From Tolypothrix carrinoi HA7290-LM1 (lineage in GTDB: Bacteria; Cyanobacteriota; Cyanobacteriia; Cyanobacteriales; Nostocaceae), in contig JAHHIK010000106.1 of NCBI GenBank assembly GCA_019358935.1, positions 1-28,435 of the forward strand: DNA of 28,435 nucleotides, given 5' to 3'. Shown piece after piece: positions 22,794 through 28,435 of the stretch; the stretch's first letter is position 1; each line of letters opens with the position of its first letter. The notes beneath the pieces were generated by a model. The model did not search any database, had not been told where the DNA came from, and worked only from the letters and a program-made list of their open reading frames with translations. The translations under genes and the position numbers were made by a program.

Positions 22794-25086
22794 TCCCACC
22801 TTAGTAACACCTAATTTACCTTTACAGCACTTGCAAAAACTACTGCAAGGCAAAGGCATACGGCGTGTAAAAACCCCCACTCTCCTACAAATGGAGGCAG
22901 TGGAATGTGGTGCTGCTGCTTTGGGAATTATTCTCAGTTACTATCGTCGGATTGTGCCGCTGCCAGAACTGCGTCAACAGTGCGGAGTCTCCCGCGATGG
23001 TAGCAAGGCTTCTAATATGCTAAAAGCTGCTAGAAACTATGGACTCCAGGCGAAAGGCTTTAAAAAGGAACTGAAGCAACTGCAAGAACTGCGTCCTCCC
23101 TATATTGTGTTTTGGAACTTTAACCACTTCCTGGTAGTCGAGGGATTCCGCAAACAGCAGGTTTATCTTAACGACCCCGCAACTGGACCGCGAACTGTGT
23201 CCCTACAAGAATTTGATGAGGGATATACCGGAGTGGTGCTAGTTATGGAACCAAGCACTGAATTCAAAAAAGGTGGTCGCAAACCCAGCATGTTTTTATC
23301 GTTGCGGTCACGGCTACAAGGTGCTGCTGGTGCTTTAGTTTACTGTATAATTGCGGGATTTTTCTTAACTATTGTTGGGCTGGCAGTACCCGTATTCAGC
23401 CAGGTTTTTGTAGACGACATCTTGGTTGAGCAACGGCTGCACTGGCTGCGTCCGCTGCTTTTGGTAATGGCGATCGCCACCGTACTCCAAGGGTGGCTAA
23501 CACTATTGCGGTTGCACTACCTGCGCCGTTTGAAAATCAAGCTGGCTGTCGGCATGTCCAGCCGCTTTCTCTGGCATATCCTGCGCTTACCCGTTAGTTT
23601 CTACGCTCAACGGTTTGCCGGAGAAATCACTAACCGCACCAGCCTTAACGACGAAGTTGCTGATGTCCTTTCGGGAAAGATGGCGACTACGGTCATTGAT
23701 GCGGTCATGGTGATTTTTTACGCTTTAGTCATGCTTCAATATGACTGGGTACTGACATTAATTGTCGTTAGCTTTGCAGCGGTGAATGTCTTTACCTTAC
23801 AGTGGATTTCCCGTCAACGTGTAGACGCTAATCAGCGATTGATACAAGAGCAGGGCAAAGCTGCTGGCGCGTCTATTGCCGCTCTGCAAAGTATAGAAAC
23901 ACTTAAAGCATCAGGCTTAGAGTCAGATTTCTTTTCTCGGTGGTCAGGTTACTACACCAAGGCTATCAATTCTCAGCAAGAACTAGGGGTAACAAATCAG
24001 ACATTTGCAGTCTTACCTACACTACTGTCCGCTCTTTCGTCCATGCTGCTATTGGTTGTAGGCGGTTTACGAGTGATGGATGGACACCTAAGCATCGGGA
24101 TGCTCGTAGCTTTTCAAGGTCTGATGCAAAGTTTCGAGGAACCAGTGAACAATCTTGTCAACTTCGGCAGTACCCTGCAAGAACTGGAGGGCAATTTGAT
24201 TCGCTTAGATGATGTGCTGGATAACCCGGTAGGGGAGAGGGGGAGAGGGGGGGATGGGGGAGCAGGGGGAGCAGGGGGAGATGGGGGACAAGGGGGACAA
24301 GGGGGAGCAACATCGACAACATCCTTCTCTGTGCCTCTGCCTAGATTGCAGGGGTATGTGGAGTTGCGAAACATTACATTTGGTTATAGCCCCTTAGACC
24401 CCCCCTTGATTGAAAACTTTAACCTTTCAATTAAACCCGGACAGCGAGTAGCTTTGGTAGGTGGAAGCGGTTCTGGCAAGTCTACCATTGCCAAAATCGT
24501 CAGCGGACTTTATCAAGCGAGTGAGGGAGAAATTCTCTTTGATGGTAAACCTAGAGAGGAAATTCCCCACCAACTACTTACTAACTCTGTTGCAATGGTG
24601 GAACAGGATATCCTGCTGTTTGGCGGAACTGTGAGGGACAATTTAACTCTTTGGGATGCGACGATATCAGACAAAAACCTGATACGCGCTTGTGAGGATG
24701 CAGCGATCGCCGATGTTGTTCTCTCAATGTCTGGGGGATACGATGCAGAACTGATAGAAGGTGCTGCAAATTTAAGTGGAGGTCAGCGACAACGGCTGGA
24801 AATTGCCCGTGCTTTCGTAAATAATCCCTCGATACTCGTCATGGATGAAGCTACCAGCGCCTTGGATGCGGAAACGGAAAAAATCATTGATGAGAATCTC
24901 CGACGACGGGGATGCACCTGTATTATTGTCGCACACCGATTAAGTACGATTCGAGACTGTGATGAAATCATTGTCCTGGAACGCGGAAAGGTGGTGCAAC
25001 GAGGCACTCATCAACAATTGTGGCAAGTCGAGGGTGTGTACTCGCGGTTGATTCGCACGGAAGGGGAAGCGTTGGAGGAGGGATGA
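22780..25086 (+). CDS. NHLP-family bacteriocin export ABC transporter, C39 peptidase/permease/ATPase (TIGR03796-like)
   Basis: C39 triad QMEAVECGAAAL (Cys), WNFNHF (His), LNDPA (Asp); ABC membrane domain; Walker A GGSGSGKST, signature LSGGQRQR and Walker B ILVMDEATSALD. GTG start overlaps the HlyD gene end; exact start uncertain. Confidence 0.95.
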   Translation: MVSTNPTLVTPNLPLQHLQKLLQGKGIRRVKTPTLLQMEAVECGAAALGIILSYYRRIVPLPELRQQCGVSRDGSKASNMLKAARNYGLQAKGFKKELKQLQELRPPYIVFWNFNHFLVVEGFRKQQVYLNDPATGPRTVSLQEFDEGYTGVVLVMEPSTEFKKGGRKPSMFLSLRSRLQGAAGALVYCIIAGFFLTIVGLAVPVFSQVFVDDILVEQRLHWLRPLLLVMAIATVLQGWLTLLRLHYLRRLKIKLAVGMSSRFLWHILRLPVSFYAQRFAGEITNRTSLNDEVADVLSGKMATTVIDAVMVIFYALVMLQYDWVLTLIVVSFAAVNVFTLQWISRQRVDANQRLIQEQGKAAGASIAALQSIETLKASGLESDFFSRWSGYYTKAINSQQELGVTNQTFAVLPTLLSALSSMLLLVVGGLRVMDGHLSIGMLVAFQGLMQSFEEPVNNLVNFGSTLQELEGNLIRLDDVLDNPVGERGRGGDGGAGGAGGDGGQGGQGGATSTTSFSVPLPRLQGYVELRNITFGYSPLDPPLIENFNLSIKPGQRVALVGGSGSGKSTIAKIVSGLYQASEGEILFDGKPREEIPHQLLTNSVAMVEQDILLFGGTVRDNLTLWDATISDKNLIRACEDAAIADVVLSMSGGYDAELIEGAANLSGGQRQRLEIARAFVNNPSILVMDEATSALDAETEKIIDENLRRRGCTCIIVAHRLSTIRDCDEIIVLERGKVVQRGTHQQLWQVEGVYSRLIRTEGEALEEG
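24232..24309 (+). repeat. In-frame G-rich 9-mer repeat tract encoding a 26-aa Gly-rich linker
   Basis: GGGGGAGCA, GGGGGAGAT and GGGGGACAA units; 78 nt encoding GERGRGGDGGAGGAGGDGGQGGQGGA between the membrane domain and the NBD. Confidence 0.9.
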
Positions 25087-25150
25087 GGGGATGGGGGGAT
25101 GGGGGGACAGGGGGACAAGGGGACAGGGGGGACAAGGGGGACAAGGGGGA
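25087..25150 (+). repeat. G-rich 8/9-mer repeat tract between the two ABC genes
   Basis: GGGGAT, GGGGGGAT, GGGGGGACA and GGGGGACAA units; same family as 24232-24309 and the complement of 5803-5917. Confidence 0.9.
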
Positions 25151-25162
25151 GATTATTGAGAA

Positions 25163-28057
25163 ATGAGTAAAATGCTATTACAGGGAAAAGTTTATCAAGT
25201 TAAAGGCAATGAGCCGATACTTCTGGATGACCCTTTTAAGGTTTGGGTGATTCAGTCTGGCTCTATGGCGTTGTTTGCCGTCACAGTTAAAAATGGTGTT
25301 ATAGAAGGGACTCGCCGTTATCTATTTAGTATTAGTCAGGGTGAGGCACTTTTCGGAACTGCTGCTGGTGGCGATCGCCAGCGTCTAATTTTGGCAGTGC
25401 CGATGGGGGAGACAGAATTGCTACAAGTAAATCAAGAATGTTTCAGAGAATTAGTAGCGAATGCAGATGTTAGGGCGATCGCCTGGATAAAAGCTTGGTT
25501 GAGGCTACTTAGTACTGCATTCCAGACAAGCACGCCAGCAATTCAGGTGAAAGCTTCTGGACAAGCACGATTTTCTTTAATTAATGGTCAGACTTTCCAG
25601 CCGGAAGCGAATGTTGTTTCTTGGGTTGAGCTAACTCAAGGGACTGTCCGCTTTCTGGGGTTTGAGGAATTGACTTTGACGACCGCAGCAGGAATTTTTC
25701 CCCTCAATGACGAAATGTGGTTAGAAGCAGTGGAGGAAGTTCAGCTTGCCAGTGTTGCTACTTCAGAAATCCGCAACGCAGATATCCTGCTTCAAGGGCT
25801 GTCCCAGCTTCATACTCAAATTTTGCACTGCACTTACCTTTTAGATGAGCAAGAAGCGCAAGAAGAAATACAACGGTTGCGCGATCGCCAACGCCTCAAT
25901 CGTCAAGTTACAGCGGAGGCTATAGGAGAGCTTGCATCAACCCTGAATTATCAAGATGGGGACTTTTTCAAAGAAGGTACGCCTTTGTTAGTCGCTGCTG
26001 GTGCGGTAGGAAAAGCGATGGGTGTAAAAATCCGCCCCCCTGCTCGCTCAGAAAATCTCAAACGGGTTAAAGAGCCGTTGGAAACAATTGTCCGGGCTTC
26101 GCGCATCCGGATGCGACGGGTGCTGTTGCGGGACAATTGGTGGCAAAAGGATTCTGGTCCATTAATTGCTTACACTCAGCAGGACAACCGACCAGTGGCG
26201 CTGCTGCCAGTTTCTGCAACTCGCTATGAAATCTTTGACCCAGTTGAGCAGACCCGCGTTCTTGTGGATGAGCGCACAGCCGCGACACTAGCTCCCGTTG
26301 CCTATATGTTTTATCGGTCTTTGCCCGATAAAGCACTCAAAGCTTTCGATTTACTTCAGTTCGCACTTAAAGGGCGCGGTTCAGAGTTAATTGTCATTTT
26401 GATGACTGGCATTACCGTGACATTACTGGGAATGGTCACACCCCAAGCAACTGCGATTCTTATGGATAACGCGATTCCAGATAGCGACAGGGGGTTATTG
26501 CTGCAAGTTGGATTGGGGCTTTTGGTTGCTGCTTTGGGGACAGCTTTATTTCAGCTAACTCAGGGGTTTGCTATCCTGCGGATGGAAACGGCTAGTGACG
26601 CTTCTACTCAAGCAGCCGTGTGGGATCGGTTGCTGAACCTGCCTGTATCTTTTTTTCGTCAGTACACAACAGGCGACCTTCAGTCCCGCGTATCATCGAT
26701 TAGTACAATCCGTCGCCAACTCAGTGGTAAGACGCTGATAAATCTGATTAGCAGTCTCTTCGCACTGTTTTACTTGGGGCAGTTGTTTTACTACAACTTC
26801 AAATTAGCTTTAGTTGCTGTTGCTGTAGCTTTAGTTGCGATCGCTTTCACCACCTTTTCTGGTGTACTCCTCCTCCGCAAGGTGCGTCCACTACTGGAAT
26901 TGCAGGGAAATATTTTTGGACAGACGGTGCAGTTAATTAACGGAATTTCTAAATTGCATGTTGCTGGTGCTGAGGATCGCGCCTTTGCTTCTTGGAGTAA
27001 AAACTACAGTCGTCAAGTTAAGCTGGAACTTAGCACACAGCAAGTTGAAGATGTTGTTGCACTTTTCAATACTGTGATGCCTACACTAACTTCTGGAATA
27101 CTTTTTTGGTTTACCATGAGTTTACTTGAAGAGACTCAGACTTCAGGAGGTATCGGACTATCCCTTGGCACTTTTTTAGCTTTCAATACAGCCTTTGGTA
27201 GCTTTATTAGGGGAGCGACAGACCTAAGTAATACAGCTACTGAAGTTTTGCAAGTCATTCCTCAGTGGAAACGCACCCAGCCAATTTTGGCAACCGTACC
27301 GGAAGTGAATCTCACTAAAGCCGATCCTGGCAAGCTTATAGGCAGAATTTTTGTGGATCGTCTTCGCTTTCGCTATCGGAGTGAAGGACCGCTGACACTG
27401 GATGATATAAGTATCTCTGCGGAGCCTGGGGAGTTTATTGCCCTTGTAGGCGGTTCTGGAAGCGGTAAATCAACGATATTGCGATTATTACTGGGGTTTG
27501 AGACTCCCGAAGCTGGTACTATCTACTACGATGGTCAAGATTTGTCTGGGTTAGATGTTGACGCAGTGCGGCGACAGTTGGGTGTTGTCTTGCAGGGTGG
27601 TCAACTGACATCAGCTTCGATTTTCGAGAATATTGCTGGTGGTGCTCAGATTACCCTAGATGAAGCCTGGGAAGCAGCCCGGATGTCTGGCTTTGCTGAC
27701 GATGTTGCCGCGATGCCAATGTCCATGCATACAGTGATTAGTGAAGGAGGTGGCAATCTTTCTGGGGGACAACGACAGCGACTGCTGATTGCTCGCGCTT
27801 TGGCATTAAAACCCCGAATTTTGCTATTCGATGAGGCTACTAGTGCTTTAGATAATAGAACCCAGGCAATTGTTAGTGAAAGTTTGGAGAAACTGCAAGT
27901 TACCCGGATAGCGATCGCCCATCGCCTCAGTACAATCCGCAAGGCACACCGTATATATGTACTCCAAACAGGGCAAGTTGTGCAACAGGGTAGTTTTGAG
28001 GAATTAGCTTCTCAGTCAGGGCTGTTTGCCCAGTTAATGGCTCGGCAGATGGCTTAG
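25163..28057 (+). CDS. NHLP bacteriocin export ABC transporter permease/ATPase (TIGR03797-like) with N-terminal cNMP-like region
   Basis: N-terminal LLDDP.KVWVIQSG...RRYLFSI.QGEALFG beta-barrel-like region, a peptidase-like region without the Cys motif (WWQKDSGPL, PVALLP, YEIFDP), ABC membrane domain, GGSGSGKST, LSGGQRQR and LLFDEATSALD. Confidence 0.95.
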   Translation: MSKMLLQGKVYQVKGNEPILLDDPFKVWVIQSGSMALFAVTVKNGVIEGTRRYLFSISQGEALFGTAAGGDRQRLILAVPMGETELLQVNQECFRELVANADVRAIAWIKAWLRLLSTAFQTSTPAIQVKASGQARFSLINGQTFQPEANVVSWVELTQGTVRFLGFEELTLTTAAGIFPLNDEMWLEAVEEVQLASVATSEIRNADILLQGLSQLHTQILHCTYLLDEQEAQEEIQRLRDRQRLNRQVTAEAIGELASTLNYQDGDFFKEGTPLLVAAGAVGKAMGVKIRPPARSENLKRVKEPLETIVRASRIRMRRVLLRDNWWQKDSGPLIAYTQQDNRPVALLPVSATRYEIFDPVEQTRVLVDERTAATLAPVAYMFYRSLPDKALKAFDLLQFALKGRGSELIVILMTGITVTLLGMVTPQATAILMDNAIPDSDRGLLLQVGLGLLVAALGTALFQLTQGFAILRMETASDASTQAAVWDRLLNLPVSFFRQYTTGDLQSRVSSISTIRRQLSGKTLINLISSLFALFYLGQLFYYNFKLALVAVAVALVAIAFTTFSGVLLLRKVRPLLELQGNIFGQTVQLINGISKLHVAGAEDRAFASWSKNYSRQVKLELSTQQVEDVVALFNTVMPTLTSGILFWFTMSLLEETQTSGGIGLSLGTFLAFNTAFGSFIRGATDLSNTATEVLQVIPQWKRTQPILATVPEVNLTKADPGKLIGRIFVDRLRFRYRSEGPLTLDDISISAEPGEFIALVGGSGSGKSTILRLLLGFETPEAGTIYYDGQDLSGLDVDAVRRQLGVVLQGGQLTSASIFENIAGGAQITLDEAWEAARMSGFADDVAAMPMSMHTVISEGGGNLSGGQRQRLLIARALALKPRILLFDEATSALDNRTQAIVSESLEKLQVTRIAIAHRLSTIRKAHRIYVLQTGQVVQQGSFEELASQSGLFAQLMARQMA

Positions 28058-28147
28058 ACCAAAGTTTTCTTTTAATCGCTCTAGCGCGTTATGAATTATG
28101 AATTACGCTCTTATTAATTATTTGGTCAAGTCTTCATCCATCTAGAC

Positions 28148-28206
28148 CTCCGCGCATTGTACTCCCGCCACACCGGAACGGTTGGCGGCGAAGGGGAATT
28201 GCGGAG
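28148..28206. repeat. GC-rich extended stem-loop downstream of the export operon
   Basis: CTCCGC (28148-28153)/GCGGAG (28201-28206); CCGCCA (28165-28170)/TGGCGG (28183-28188); ACCG-GAA-CGGT apex. Confidence 0.6.
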
Positions 28207-28290
28207 CGTAAAGAATTTCATTATCAAGTCGCGCATTGGCTGGTTAACTCCTATGACTTAATTGTTTTTGAGAACCTGAATATCAAAGGG

Positions 28291-28313
28291 TTAGCTAGAA
28301 CACGACTAGCTAA
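28291..28313. promoter_or_regulatory. Perfect 8-7-8 inverted repeat (operator-like)
   Basis: TTAGCTAG-AACACGA-CTAGCTAA. The structure is certain; the function is not. Confidence 0.35.
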
Positions 28314-28384
28314 GTACATGTCACCGCAAAAAAGGGTCGGAAATAGAGGAGGATATTTTTTGTAGGGTGGCATAAAAATCAGAC

Positions 28385-28435
28385 ATGCAAGGACGTATCT
28401 CAAGTATCCGGGTTGAAATAACTGGTGAGCAGCAA
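28385..28435 (+). CDS. Start of an ORF running off the window, possibly an IS630-like HTH transposase N-terminus
   Basis: MQGRISSIRVEITGEQQ, open to the window edge; resembles M.GR.S..R.EL..E.. N-termini I recall for IS630-type HTH proteins. Only 17 codons are visible. Confidence 0.3.
   Translation, partial: MQGRISSIRVEITGEQQ

Larger units (their letters stand above)
86..27919. repeat. HIP1 octamer GCGATCGC, dispersed (about 30 copies)
   Basis: Examples at 86, 1756, 2312, 2804, 4814, 6255, 8416, 10094, 12696, 14516, 16702, 20936, 22407, 25371 and 27912; hallmark of cyanobacterial DNA. Confidence 0.95.

Noticed and set aside
28089..28105. TTATGAA heptamer, about 2.5 copies
   Set aside because: Too short; an ordinary STRR-type remnant.

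Overview
Cyanobacterial DNA, most likely from a heterocyst-forming (Nostocales-like) genome: about 30 HIP1 octamers (GCGATCGC, counted by eye), STRR-type heptamer arrays and several small palindromic dispersed repeats. The window is an accessory locus made of two divergent gene blocks that meet at about 11450-11583. The left block (minus strand, in transcription order) has: a 5'-truncated LanM lanthipeptide synthetase (LanC-like cyclase domain only); a dCache-HAMP membrane sensor with no kinase or MCP output, only a short duplicated C-terminal helix motif; an 872-aa split amino-acid-permease-like membrane protein; a MinD/ParA-type ATPase coupled to an HExxH protein; a tandem cNMP-binding 'bacteriocin transport-associated' protein; and a filamentous-haemagglutinin (TpsA-like) gene cut by an IS982-family element at position 119. 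The right block (plus strand) has: a sigma-70-like factor, DUF1822, a CHAT-CHASE2 membrane caspase-like receptor, DUF928, an intact 1430-aa TpsA-like protein with recently duplicated 345-bp repeats, and a three-gene NHLP/NHLM bacteriocin export system (HlyD plus two ABC transporters). No precursor peptide, LanM dehydratase or TpsB gene is visible. The best candidates for undescribed biology are the Cache-HAMP/permease/MinD/HExxH/cNMP module and the sigma-DUF1822-CHAT/CHASE2-DUF928 protease-signalling cassette. Non-coding highlights are a four-level nested palindromic element (3260-3441), a MITE carrying a REP-like palindrome upstream of the exporter, and in-frame repeat insertions in two genes. 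All family assignments come from motif recognition; no database searches were run.
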